Positions 49,058 through 59,548 are shown, counted from the first letter of the stretch. The stretch is 64,000 nucleotides of DNA from an uncultured delta proteobacterium (GCA_963845145.1 CAWJQU010000005.1:416001-480000), one strand, 5' to 3'. Notes: a model not told the origin generated them from the letters alone. Program-made: numbers and translations.

Positions 49058-50218
49058 TTAACCATCAGCCAAACAGCTTTCTTCGGCAACCTGCAACATA
49101 TCCAGTGCTTTTTCAACAATCGAATCCGGCAGCTCATGCACATCCACAAATGCACCGATGCCGGTGGGCATGGCAAGGGTTAACCGCCCCCCCAGATGTT
49201 CTCTGAACTCTTTCAAACCACTCAACAACTGCAACCGCCCGGATGAATCACGCTGGCGCAGCGCGCCATGCCACAACATCAGGCCACATGACCGCATGGT
49301 TGCCAGCATATCTTCGGCCACTGCCATGGGAATCATCTCCATTGTCGCCGCACAGTAAATATCCAGGGCCATGCCGATGGCAACCGCTTCGCCATGCCGA
49401 ATCTCGTTAGCGGTCATGGTTTCCAGCTTATGGGCCGACCAGTGCCCAAAATCCAATGGTCGTGATGTGCCTTTTTCAAACGGATCACCACCACCGATAT
49501 GCGCCAGGTGCAGCCGGGAGCTTTCCAATACGAGGTGTTCCAGTGCAGGCCAATGGATATTTCGAATGGCCTTTGCATGGTTCTTGATATAGGTGTACAG
49601 ATCTTTATCTTTAATGAACGCGACCTTCAGCGCTTCGGCCACACCGGCACGGATTTCCCGTTCCTCCAGCGTTCTGAGAAACCGATAGTCGATGACAACG
49701 GCATCCGGTGGGTAAAAACAGCCGAACAGATTTTTGGCGCCATTGTAATTGATCCCGTTTTTCACACCGACACCGGAGTCATCCATGGCCAGCAGTGTGG
49801 TTGGGACGCGAACCTGCCGTATCCCCCGATGAAAAATAGCCGCGGCAAAGCCCACGGCATCCAGCACCGCACCGCCGCCGATGATCACGACATAAGAGTG
49901 CCGGCAAAGCCCCCCTTCCATCATCCGCTGGGTGATGTTGGTGATGTTTTGCCACCCCTTTTTAATGTCTTCTCCGCCGGGTACAATTTCAATCGGAGCC
50001 GCCAGATTGAGGGTGTCGGGGTGCTCCCCTGCCCACTGTTCCGCACGACGGGTAAGATCGGGAAAGGCCTCGGCCACTTTATCATCGATAAAGATCATGG
50101 CATTGGCTCGATTCTCTCCCAAAAGCCGGGTCAGGGTCGTATTTTCCGCGTCGAACAGGCCGCGGGTGTAAGCCACATTGTAATTAAAGTTTACCGCAAA
50201 CGATTGATGTACAATCAT
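49058..50218 (-). CDS. eboD: 3-dehydroquinate-synthase-like sugar phosphate cyclase, EboD type
   Basis: GGGAVLDAVG, PTTLLAMDDSGVGVKNG, DPFEKGTSRPLDFGHWSAH, EFREHLGG; next to eboE. Confidence 0.8.
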   Translation of the reverse strand: MIVHQSFAVNFNYNVAYTRGLFDAENTTLTRLLGENRANAMIFIDDKVAEAFPDLTRRAEQWAGEHPDTLNLAAPIEIVPGGEDIKKGWQNITNITQRMMEGGLCRHSYVVIIGGGAVLDAVGFAAAIFHRGIRQVRVPTTLLAMDDSGVGVKNGINYNGAKNLFGCFYPPDAVVIDYRFLRTLEEREIRAGVAEALKVAFIKDKDLYTYIKNHAKAIRNIHWPALEHLVLESSRLHLAHIGGGDPFEKGTSRPLDFGHWSAHKLETMTANEIRHGEAVAIGMALDIYCAATMEMIPMAVAEDMLATMRSCGLMLWHGALRQRDSSGRLQLLSGLKEFREHLGGRLTLAMPTGIGAFVDVHELPDSIVEKALDMLQVAEESCLADG

Positions 50219-50420
50219 ATATGCCCTTCATTCAGTCCTCGGCTCGACGTAAAACCCGGTGTAAAACTCGAGGTTAAACCCGGTGTTAGAATAGGTCTAT
50301 TTTCCGTGAATCGATGCTCAATTAACATGTTTCTATTTCCGCTGGCAAGGCCGCTTCGGCGTGCTTTGGCACCATTGGCGAGCCTGGAACCCCAACGCTG
50401 AAAAGCCACTCGCCACCCTC

Positions 50421-51542
50421 TCATTGACATGCGATCACCGCTCTTCTAACCGCATCAGCGACAAATTTAAGCTCTTCACTAACCGATACATTGGTGTCCT
50501 GATATCGGTCCGGCAAGACCCCATAGGTGTATGTTTCCGTCTCAATATGGGTCGTGCTTTGCAGCGCCTGTTGAAAAAAATCATCCGTTAACAATGACGC
50601 CGTAGAGCCCACTCGGGTGCCGGGGGCCTTGAAATGAAGCGGAACGTGAAAATGAACCCGCCATTGCCCGCCGGATCGGGCCGTCAACGCTTCAGGAAGG
50701 TCGGGAAATGGGGAAACCTTTTTATTTTCCGCCAGAATACGTGTTTGGTGTAAATAGACACCATCATTAAAACGGGCCAGATAGTCCAAATCTTTACGGG
50801 TTGGATGCACAACCGACAAGGCCGCGCTGACCTGAATTTTCGGCACATGGATACCGGCCTGTTTCAACTTTTGCAAAGATACGACCGGATTTTCAAACTG
50901 CATGGCCGAATGGCAAACATCCAAGCAAATACCCAGATAGCGATCCACCAGGGGCCGGTTCAACAAACGTAACTGTTCGAAAAAATCAATACATTCATCC
51001 ACCCGCTCAAGATAACAATCCGGCTCAGGTTCAAGTGCCAGACGGATCAACCGGCCGGTTTTTGCTTCGATTTCTTCAAAGGCCGATAGCACCGCCACCA
51101 AATTGGCAGGTGCCTTTGGTGGACATTGTTTTCCATAGACCACCGGCACGGTGCTAATGGAGCCGTCGATGCCGTCGGGCAACAGATTAGCCAGGATATG
51201 GGCCACATCGATGGTGTAGTCCACACGCGCCTTTGAAGACCAGTCGGGCAGATAAACTTTTTCTTTAACCGGCGGGGTGTGAAAATCGCCAAATGGAAAC
51301 GCATTGACCGTAAACGCATATATTTGTTGGTCGGTCAGCCGTTTTTTTAGTTTTTCGGGTTGTTGTCGAAACGCCTGAGCCGCTTTGGCAGGTAGCCAGA
51401 GGCCAATTCCCATATCAGCAGCCGGACAAACCATGGATTTAACCTGTGGGCATTGACGGGTGATATGATCGGCAATGGCATCGGCTGTCTCGCCGGGATA
51501 GATATTCAAACAATAGCCGATGTGGGTGTTGGCAATCCGCAT
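50421..51542 (-). CDS. eboE: metabolite traffic protein EboE (TIM barrel)
   Basis: GYCLNIYPGET, GIGLWL, FTVNAFPFGDFH..VKEKVYLPDW, LEPEP, KIQVSAAL, YLHQ, RVHFHVPL, ETETYT. Confidence 0.85.
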   Translation of the reverse strand: MRIANTHIGYCLNIYPGETADAIADHITRQCPQVKSMVCPAADMGIGLWLPAKAAQAFRQQPEKLKKRLTDQQIYAFTVNAFPFGDFHTPPVKEKVYLPDWSSKARVDYTIDVAHILANLLPDGIDGSISTVPVVYGKQCPPKAPANLVAVLSAFEEIEAKTGRLIRLALEPEPDCYLERVDECIDFFEQLRLLNRPLVDRYLGICLDVCHSAMQFENPVVSLQKLKQAGIHVPKIQVSAALSVVHPTRKDLDYLARFNDGVYLHQTRILAENKKVSPFPDLPEALTARSGGQWRVHFHVPLHFKAPGTRVGSTASLLTDDFFQQALQSTTHIETETYTYGVLPDRYQDTNVSVSEELKFVADAVRRAVIACQ

Positions 51543-51626
51543 GATTTCAATTATACCTGATTTAATTCTACAGAATCTATACATTTACAACAGAGAATCA
51601 ACTCTTCAACAGGAGCCTGACGAGCC

Positions 51627-51995
51627 ATGTCTAAATATAGCAAGGCAAAAGTGACGCGACTATCAGACTTATCCGCTTTTTGCCCTCCCAAACATACCCG
51701 AACCGATTCATTTACCATGGTCGGTGAAGAAACCGGCGCACAAAATTTTGTTTTATTCAACGTTGAAATTCACCCGGGTGGGGAAGCGGAATTGGATACG
51801 CACCCTGGACGTGAGCATTGCTACCTTGTTTTGTCCGGCATCGGCAATGCTGTCGTGGATAACGAGAAATTTAAACTCAAACCCGGCGATTGCCTGTGGA
51901 TACCGCCCGGCGCGGAGCACGGTATCAAACCAGCCGGCGATAAGACCCTGCGCTTTATTGTGGTGACGTCCCCACCACCCTGGGTGGACGTGTAG
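51627..51995 (+). CDS. cupin domain protein
   Basis: HPGREHCYLVLSG, PGDCLWIPPGAEH. Confidence 0.87.
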   Translation: MSKYSKAKVTRLSDLSAFCPPKHTRTDSFTMVGEETGAQNFVLFNVEIHPGGEAELDTHPGREHCYLVLSGIGNAVVDNEKFKLKPGDCLWIPPGAEHGIKPAGDKTLRFIVVTSPPPWVDV

Positions 51996-52046
51996 AACAT
52001 TAAACCCATTTGCCGGCACTACATCACCGGCTCTAAATCGCCTGCC

Positions 52047-52529
52047 CTAAATCGATAAATCAACCCAGCGGCCATCCGTGAGCGATTCGATATCATGAGG
52101 GTTTAGCTGAAATACGGCAAAAGGCGTGCCCGCCGCAGCCCAAATGACATCATAATTTTTTAATTCCGGATCCAGGACGGTTTTTAACGGCGAAATGTGA
52201 CCCACAGGCGGCACGCCGCCAATGGCGTACCCCACTTTTTCTTTCACATAGGCCCCATCGGCCTTACCCAGTTTAAAACCAGTGGCCGCCTCGACCTTTT
52301 TAACGTCAACCCGATTCGACCCCGAAGCAATCACAAGTATGGGCTCACCGCTTTTTTTCTCTTTGAACACCAACGATTTGGCGATTTGAGACACATCACA
52401 GCCAATGCTGTCTGCCGCCTCCTGCGCTGTCCTGGTAGAGCTTTTCAGCTCTTTAACCTCAAAGGCAAACCCTCTTTCATTGAGAAAATCCTGTACGCGT
52501 TTGGCGCTCTCTCTTAAGTTTGAGGCCAT
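52047..52529 (-). CDS. YbaK/EbsC family aminoacyl-tRNA deacylase
   Basis: RTAQEAA, IAKSLVF, GYAIGGVPPVGH, AAAGTP. Confidence 0.9.
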   Translation of the reverse strand: MASNLRESAKRVQDFLNERGFAFEVKELKSSTRTAQEAADSIGCDVSQIAKSLVFKEKKSGEPILVIASGSNRVDVKKVEAATGFKLGKADGAYVKEKVGYAIGGVPPVGHISPLKTVLDPELKNYDVIWAAAGTPFAVFQLNPHDIESLTDGRWVDLSI

Positions 52530-52735
52530 TGTTTTATTCCCTTGTTTTAATTTCTTGGTATATTGCTTTCGTTGTTCCTTTCAATAACCACGCCGATAAT
52601 GTCATTGTCAAGCCGACGATTATCGATTATCTTGTCGGGTACATATGAAACGCGAATCAAATCCCGGCACGTGTAATATGATCCGCCATGGTTAGTAACG
52701 TTATCGGGTACCACTAATGTCATTGGAATTTTAAT

Positions 52736-53095
52736 ATGAAAGAACCCGCAGGTCACAATTTTAAGGCCCTTAAGGAAGTTTGCAATCGGATCGTCATGAA
52801 GCACGCCGACGCCATCGGGATGGCCACCATTGAATTGGATTGTGGCTGCATAAACGTCTGTGGCGTATCATTTAAGGGCGAACCGGTGGGCGAAATGATG
52901 AGCATCCCTGCCCATCAGAAGCCTGAAAATGACAATCAGCTGGTTTGCTTCAAATGTTTAGAGAAGAAAAGTGAAATGAAAGATAGAATTATCAACCAGG
53001 GTTTAATCTGGCCGGGGGATGCCGATGAAATGCCCGCCGAAGAAATCAGGCTTATTATAGGCCAGGAAGTGTTTGGGCCGGACTACTCGGAATAA
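52736..53095 (+). CDS. hypothetical protein with Cys motifs
   Basis: 119-aa ORF, CGC and CFKC. Confidence 0.6.
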   Translation: MKEPAGHNFKALKEVCNRIVMKHADAIGMATIELDCGCINVCGVSFKGEPVGEMMSIPAHQKPENDNQLVCFKCLEKKSEMKDRIINQGLIWPGDADEMPAEEIRLIIGQEVFGPDYSE

Positions 53096-53239
53096 AGTTT
53101 CGTTTTATTCATTGCGGGCGATAGGCCAACGGACCAATGTTAAAGCCATGCCTTGGATACCGTTGCTTCTATTCGGGAATTAGCGCCAAGAGCGTTGATA
53201 TGTATCGCCTGATATGTCGACTACACCCTGTTGTCGGCT

Positions 53240-53614
53240 TCAATCGTTCTTCACTCGATCGTTAGTCCCACTGATCCACTCCCAAGCCTGATTGAATTCC
53301 GTTTTGTCATAGTAGTCGATCCTGATTTTTGCAAATAGCCCAAAAAGGGCAACCCAGGTCTTTTTCCAGGTTTTATCACAAACGACCGCTGTTTTTTCGA
53401 TATGGTCGGCGTATACCTTTAAAAACCTCAGATCGTCATATAGTGATTCGGCACTGTTTAGCGATGCGTAATGGTCAACGACGAGGAAAACCCGAATTTT
53501 CTCAAATTTTGATATTTGTTCATCAAAAATATGGGTGATTTTTTTATACGCTTTTTCCGTTACTTCGGTCTCTATTTTCAGGGCGATTATATTTTTCGAT
53601 TTCGTTATCACCAT
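53240..53614 (-). CDS. SpoIIAA-like (STAS/SEC14) protein
   Basis: KIRVFLV, DDL.F, EKTAVV.D..W, AWEWI; RBS AAGGGGG. Confidence 0.8.
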   Translation of the reverse strand: MVITKSKNIIALKIETEVTEKAYKKITHIFDEQISKFEKIRVFLVVDHYASLNSAESLYDDLRFLKVYADHIEKTAVVCDKTWKKTWVALFGLFAKIRIDYYDKTEFNQAWEWISGTNDRVKND

Positions 53615-53872
53615 TTGAGTTTACCCCCCTTCTAAGAAAATCAATGATAACCCTGACGTTGCATAAAGTGAAGAATGACACAAAGCCATTGCGTTTAAAA
53701 CCTCACTTACAACTAAGGTATCCGAAAACAACGCTTTGGCGGAGCTTTTTGTTCAGGGTGTAAACCAGATCGGGGTTACCAGCGTCTAAAAAGATAATTA
53801 GAATATTGATGTCATGTGCCTTTTCATATAAAGGCAGGTACGAATAAATACAACCTAAACGGAAGGATCCTC

Positions 53873-55255
53873 ATGAAAAGCATGTATCGGACTTTATTAC
53901 TGCTTCTATTTACGGCACTCGTTGGATTGCCATCCTTAGCGACAGCAGCCACCTATGGTTCCGCCATGTATGCCTGGGAACGGGGTGATTTTAAGACGGC
54001 TTTTCGGGAGTTTACCGATTTGTCACGAGGCAATGACCCCTCTGCCCAATATATGTTAGGAAAAATGTATGCTGACGCCCAAGGCACCCGCCAAGATTAC
54101 ATTATGGCTTATGTGTGGCTGCACCTTTCAGAATCAGCCGGCAACCATCAGGCCGGTCAATTAAAATCAAAAATAAGACAAAGAATGTCTCGCAGCCAAC
54201 AAGCCAGAGCCATGGATGTGGTTAACAAATGGCAACAACCCACCAACAACACGCCCCAACCGCCTGAATATCTGGAACCCATGATCGTTCGCAGGGTTCA
54301 GCAAGCATTGAAGGATTTACGGTATTTTCATGATCGAGTTGATGGCATTCCCGGACGCAAAACACGCGACGCTATTCATTGGTACCAGCAAGATCAGGGA
54401 ATGGTGGCAGATGGCCGCATCAGTGATCTACTGCTTGATCGTTTGGGCATTGAGCCCCCATCAGATGACATCTCGGAGCTGGCCCGGCTGCAAAAAAAAT
54501 TACGCAAACTCATACGCAAAGCAAAAAAACGTAATGCGGCCGAACCCTGGCTCATTGAAAAACTTGAAAAGTTGGCCAATGTCAAAAACAATCCCTGGCC
54601 CCATCAGGTTTTGCGTGAAGACTTTCTGTCCAAAAGCTATAAAAGAGGTGACGGATGGCAGACCGTTGCCGGTAATGTCTGGCACGAACAGGGAAAAGGA
54701 TTGATTTGCAAATCGGTAAACAGCTGGAAAAAGTCAACCGTTGAGCGCGAAAGCGCGGGAGCTATCTTGAAGGGAAAAGGGCCGTTAGATATGCAGCGTC
54801 TAATTTCCAATGGCCGGTTCGTAAAAATACAAAACAACATCCGTTTCAGCAACGCATTCGCCCTTAAAGTTGAAACAGATACACTAAACGAGACCGATGG
54901 CCTTATCCTCACTTCTCACCTAAATGGCAAACCGCATACAGGCTATCGGCTTGTTTTCCAACCAGGCCATCGGGATCTGGTCAAACTGTTCAAAGTGAGT
55001 CCTGAAGCGCGTACCGAAATCCAGACCCGTCCAAGTCGTTTGAACCTTGAAAATAGCGGCCCGCATGTATTTGAATGGACACGCTCTTTGGATGGAAGAA
55101 TGACGGTGTCAGTCGATGGGCAAAGGCTCTTCGAAGTTCACGATAATAGCATTACCGAACCTTTCCAAAACATAGGCATTGCCCATATGGGTGGTCAGGT
55201 TATTTTACGAGACATACAGCTTTATGATGACGCCAATTCCGGCCGACGACTTTAA
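53873..55255 (+). CDS. secreted Sel1-repeat and peptidoglycan-binding domain protein with beta-rich C-terminal domain
   Basis: Signal peptide; AQYMLGKMY..QG..QDY..AYVW; VQQALK..VDGIPGRKTRDAI..YQ..G..DG. Confidence 0.8.
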   Translation: MKSMYRTLLLLLFTALVGLPSLATAATYGSAMYAWERGDFKTAFREFTDLSRGNDPSAQYMLGKMYADAQGTRQDYIMAYVWLHLSESAGNHQAGQLKSKIRQRMSRSQQARAMDVVNKWQQPTNNTPQPPEYLEPMIVRRVQQALKDLRYFHDRVDGIPGRKTRDAIHWYQQDQGMVADGRISDLLLDRLGIEPPSDDISELARLQKKLRKLIRKAKKRNAAEPWLIEKLEKLANVKNNPWPHQVLREDFLSKSYKRGDGWQTVAGNVWHEQGKGLICKSVNSWKKSTVERESAGAILKGKGPLDMQRLISNGRFVKIQNNIRFSNAFALKVETDTLNETDGLILTSHLNGKPHTGYRLVFQPGHRDLVKLFKVSPEARTEIQTRPSRLNLENSGPHVFEWTRSLDGRMTVSVDGQRLFEVHDNSITEPFQNIGIAHMGGQVILRDIQLYDDANSGRRL

Positions 55256-55292
55256 AAAAAGTAACGAGGCAATTGTTATCGCTGCTGTTTGG

Positions 55293-55955
55293 TTAAGTGT
55301 TCTCCAGTTGCGAAATAAATTTGTTGGAGTTTTTAATGGCTTTATCCATTTTTTTGATAAGAACGCTGATATCTTTTTCAAGAGATGAAAACTCAGACTG
55401 TAACGAACCGATAGCCTGAGCATTAAGGTTATGTTTTAGGAATAAAACATTATCCCTGAATGTTATCAGAATAGGCGCCATACTTTTTTCAGCGACATGC
55501 ATAGAGGCGAGCATTTCTTTGTACCGCGATTTCGTTTTGTGCAGTTGTTTTTTACTGGCGTCTCGCAGGCTCTTGTTCGTGTATATTTTCAGTTCTTTTT
55601 CCCATTCGTCGAATAGGGCGCCGGATACTTTTTCGACCTTGTCTATTCGGTCAGATACTTCCTCGCTCGCCCTTTCACAATCGGTGTATTCGGCGTTTAA
55701 CGTCGTATATGCCTTTTTTAGATTTGTATCTTTGAGCGCTACCATTGAGCCAAACTGTTCTAACGCCGATTTGAACTGCTTCTGTGCCTGTGTTTGGGCA
55801 TCTCTTGCCCCTTCAACCCGGTCGACCAAAATATCCCGTTTATGAATCCCGACTTTTTCCATGGCTGAATAATATGTTTTGGAACAGCCCATCACAAGGA
55901 AAACAAAAAGCAACAGAAAAAAGAGTGTGTGAATCGTTTGTTTTGGATACCGCAT
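55293..55955 (-). CDS. DUF2959 family lipoprotein
   Basis: MGC..YY.AMEKVGIHKRDILVDRV, LFLKHNLNAQAI. Confidence 0.88.
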   Translation of the reverse strand: MRYPKQTIHTLFFLLLFVFLVMGCSKTYYSAMEKVGIHKRDILVDRVEGARDAQTQAQKQFKSALEQFGSMVALKDTNLKKAYTTLNAEYTDCERASEEVSDRIDKVEKVSGALFDEWEKELKIYTNKSLRDASKKQLHKTKSRYKEMLASMHVAEKSMAPILITFRDNVLFLKHNLNAQAIGSLQSEFSSLEKDISVLIKKMDKAIKNSNKFISQLENT

Positions 55956-56104
55956 TATTTTCCTCCACTATGGCGTGTATTTTTTACTTTAAAAAAAAGG
56001 ATCTATTGGTTAGGCAACGATTGCACTTCATTTCTTGAGAGGATGGTCGAAACAATTCTTCTCCTCGCCGTTTACAATGATCATTTTTTCCATTTCAAAA
56101 TAGG

Positions 56105-56900
56105 CTAGAGCAAACCCCGATAATTTCCACCGTCAACCAATAAATTCTGGCCGGTAATATACCGAGCCTGCACACTTGCCAGGAAAGCAGCGGCCGCTCC
56201 AAAATCAGAAGGATCGCCGATAGTATGACTGGGGTTCGCCGACATCATCTCCTGGATGATCTCCTCGGGTGGGCTTATTTTCCTGTTCAGCACGATGCTG
56301 CGCCAATTGATCAATCCGTGATGTCTTATGGGTACCTGGCAGCAGTGCATTTACCGTGATACCATCTGGCGCCAATTCGGTTGCAATCGTTTTCAAAAAA
56401 CCTGTCAATCCGGCCCGTGCCATATTGGACAGCAACAGTGTGCCGATAGGTTGTTTAACCGATATTGAGGTGATGGCAATAATTCGGCCCCAACCTTTGG
56501 TCTTCATCGCCGGTGTTACGCCATGAATCAGATTCACGGCACTCATTAGGGTGAGATTCAGGGCCTTTTCGTATTCCTCCAAAGCGGTACTGGCGAATGT
56601 TCCCGGTGGCGGTCCGCCGGCATTGGTCACCAGAATTTCCGGTTCTCCCAGAGATTGTCTGACTTCTTCAAGCAGGTGGTTAATATCTTCAGCCTTGCTC
56701 ATATCGGCACCAAATCCCTAAAACTTCCGATTCCGGTTTTTGCTGAAATTTCTTCGGCGGCCTGTTTTGCTTCGGCCCCATCACGGGAGCAGATGGCGAC
56801 CCGGCACTTTTCAGCGGCGAGCTGTTCTGCGCAACCTCGGCCCAATCCCCGGCTTGCAGCCGTTACCAGGGCAATTTTATATCTCTATTCCAAGATTCAT
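56105..56900 (-). pseudogene. SDR oxidoreductase with about four +1 frameshifts (pseudogene or sequencing error)
   Basis: MNLGIE / KIALVTAASRGLG / GADMS..NAGGPPPG..SNMAR..LPG / YITGQNLLVDGG in different frames. Confidence 0.8.
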
Positions 56901-57025
56901 TTTGGCACCCCCTTAGCTATCGAAGATATACATGATTCTGCGGTTTCTAAATAAAAGACTTCTTAAATCACCTTTTTTATTCCTTGGCCATACATGAAAT
57001 TCTCGTGTACGGTCTTCACACCTTA

Positions 57026-58224
57026 TCATTTTTTTCTTACTTTCATCACCCGTTTGACCAACCAGATCATCGGTTTGGTTAAAAAGCCCTCCATATCCTC
57101 TTTCACATCATTCAATAGATCAGGTATGGGAAGGTGTTGGGGACATTTTTCCAGACATTTTTCGCATTGGACACACAGGGATGCAAGGGCCGGCTTATCG
57201 GTGGTAATACCGCCATTGAAGAAGTATACATCAATTTTGCCGTTTTGTCCTTGAACGCATGTCTGGAATTGTACCATTCAAAACAGCTTGGGATGTTCAC
57301 ACCGGCCGGGCATGGCATGCAATACTGGCATCCGGTGCACCCCACCCGCATCACCTGTCTAAATTCAGCTGCCGCTTCCTCGACCAGATTCAACTCTTTT
57401 TCCGAAAAGGCATTCGGCACCGCTTTTTCAGCAAGCGCCAAATTTTCGTTGATGTGCTCGTCATTGTTCATCCCGGAAAGCACAACAGTGACCTCAGGGT
57501 GATTCCAGATCCATCCCAGGGACCAAGCGGCGGGAGTCATTTTATGATCGGCTTTGGCCCAGATATCCTGTACCGACGGTGGTGGTGATTTGGCCAGGTT
57601 TCCACCCCGCAGCGGTTCCATGATGATTACGGCCATATTTTTTGATGCCGCATATTGCAAACCAGCCGTCCCGGCCTGATTTTGGGTGTCGAGAAAATTG
57701 TATTGAATCTGACAAAACGTCCAGTCATAGTCATCCACAATGGGATTAAAATCTTCGGATAACCCATGAAATGAGAAGCCGGCATTGATGATTTTTCCCT
57801 TTTTCAAGGCATCATCAATAAATTCAATGACGCCATGTTGTTTGGCCGTTTCCCACGACTCACCGTTTAGGGTATGGACCAGGTAGTAGTCGATGCGGTC
57901 GGTTTTCAGCTTGGATAACTGTTCATCCAGAAGTTTATCCATTTCTTCTTTGGACCGAGCCATCCAATGGGGAAGTTTGGTGGCGATCTTTACACGATCC
58001 CGGCAATTGTTTTCTAATAGCACTTTACCAAGAAACGGCTCACTTTTCCTGTTATGATAAGTATAAGCCGTGTCAAAATAGTTGACCCCCTGGTCCACGG
58101 CAAACAGGATCTGCTTTTCAGCAAGTTTTTCATTGATGGACTGGCCCCTCCCCGGCAAACGCATGCATCCATAACCCAGGGCCGAAAGTTTGTCCCCATT
58201 TTTAGGTACTTCGCGATAAAGCAT
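57026..58224 (-). CDS. aldo/keto reductase with C-terminal 4Fe-4S domain; frameshift near 57225
   Basis: LGYGCMRLP, NYFDTAY, IATKLP, QIQYN, IMEPLRGG, CTGCQYCMPCP; second cluster CVQCEKCLEKCP in ORF 57026-57277. Confidence 0.85.
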
Positions 58225-58306
58225 CGCACGTCTCCTTTACTATTTTCTTATTCAAATATCTGCAGCTCAAGTTAAATGAAACCGGTCTGCAGGTACTGAT
58301 GTCGTG

Positions 58307-59371
58307 TTAGATAATTCGGGTCTCACCGACTTTCATTATGCTCGCACGATCATTGCTGATGCCATTTTTTTCCGCAAATTCCCTGTATCTTTCAATGGGT
58401 TCCCAGGGCGGTTCGTCCGTTAGGGCAATCGTCCCCCAATGGGAGGGTATAATCAGGTCGGCCTTGACATCATTGGCCACCTGAATCGCCTCTTCAGGAT
58501 TCGTGTGCACCGGCTTCATGACGTTGGCAGGGTCATAGGCCCCAATAGGAACGATGGCCAGATCGAAGGTGCGGAATAGTTTTCCGATTTGCTTGAAAAG
58601 CGTGGGAGAATACGCGGTGTCTCCTGCAAAATAAAGATTGTTATCGTCTGACTGAATAGCCCATGAGCACCACAATGTCTCATTGCGGTCACCCAGACCG
58701 CGACCGGAAAAATGAACCGCCGGCAGGGCAGTCAGCCGTATCCCGCCCATCTCAAGGGACTGATGCCAGTCCAGTTCCCGGACATTCCGATAACCTCTCT
58801 TGGTAAAGAAGGGCTTTAACCCCAGAGGCACAAACACGGTGATTTTTTCCTTTCCGGGCATGGCTTCAATGGCTTTTGCATCGAGGTGGTCGTAATGATT
58901 GTGGGAAATGACCAACCCTTCGATCGGCGGGAGATTTTTCAAGGGTATTCCCGGTGGCACGAAGCGCTCAGGACCGATTGGAAGCGGGCTGGCAAGTTTG
59001 CTGAAAAAGGGGTCGAGCAGAAAATGCTTGCGTTCCAGTCTTAAGAGATACGTCGAGTGCCCGATCCAGGTAATGGCTGAAGCGGCGGCGCATTGATCGA
59101 GTGCCGATATTGCCAGAGGCTCTTCGATGATGTGGTCCCGGGGAATTTTCGGATTATTGTACAACTCTTTGATTCTTCTCATCAGAAAAGAGAATCCAGG
59201 TGTTTTCGGTTCCGGCGCTATCGGATAATTGCGAAACCCTTTTGTAAGGTGATGCATAGGATTGCCATCCACGACTACTTCCTTGGGGGCACAGCCGAGC
59301 GCTAACTGAAGCGCTGCGGCCGTGCTCAATTGTATGAATTGTCTGCGAGTACAGTCGTTCATTTTTTTCAA
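58307..59371 (-). CDS. MBL-fold metallohydrolase (NAPE-PLD/RomA-like) with Tat signal and lipobox
   Basis: TRRQF, LGC; WIGHS, SHNHYDHLD, HFSGR, AGDT, PIGAY, HWGT. Confidence 0.88.
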   Translation of the reverse strand: MKKMNDCTRRQFIQLSTAAALQLALGCAPKEVVVDGNPMHHLTKGFRNYPIAPEPKTPGFSFLMRRIKELYNNPKIPRDHIIEEPLAISALDQCAAASAITWIGHSTYLLRLERKHFLLDPFFSKLASPLPIGPERFVPPGIPLKNLPPIEGLVISHNHYDHLDAKAIEAMPGKEKITVFVPLGLKPFFTKRGYRNVRELDWHQSLEMGGIRLTALPAVHFSGRGLGDRNETLWCSWAIQSDDNNLYFAGDTAYSPTLFKQIGKLFRTFDLAIVPIGAYDPANVMKPVHTNPEEAIQVANDVKADLIIPSHWGTIALTDEPPWEPIERYREFAEKNGISNDRASIMKVGETRII

Positions 59372-59504
59372 CGATTCGCTTTCAGGGTTATCAAGGAGAT
59401 CTCGTTAGGCGAAGCTGGCTTCAATTCGTTGTTTTGATAATTGCATTGCTTTTTTCATATAGCCTTTCCAAAGGACATTTGTAATGAAATAGAGAACCGG
59501 GATA

Positions 59505-59527
59505 AATAACCGAATGTTCGTTTTAAT
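59505..59527. promoter_or_regulatory. probable TetR operator, site 2
   Basis: AATAACCGAATGTTCGTTTTAAT matches the reverse complement of site 1 at 19/23. Confidence 0.55.
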
Positions 59528-59548
59528 TGTGGGTAAAATTTTTGCCCA

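Noticed and set aside
49058..50218. Housekeeping aroB
   Set aside because: The DDSGVGVKNG, RPLDFGHWSAH and EFREHLGG motifs and the eboE neighbour fit the EboD clade better.
49499..50401. 300-aa plus-strand ORF, and similar long ORFs at 21145-21930, 26964-27680, 38922-39560 and 59600-60220
   Set aside because: Antisense shadows of well-supported genes, with no motifs.
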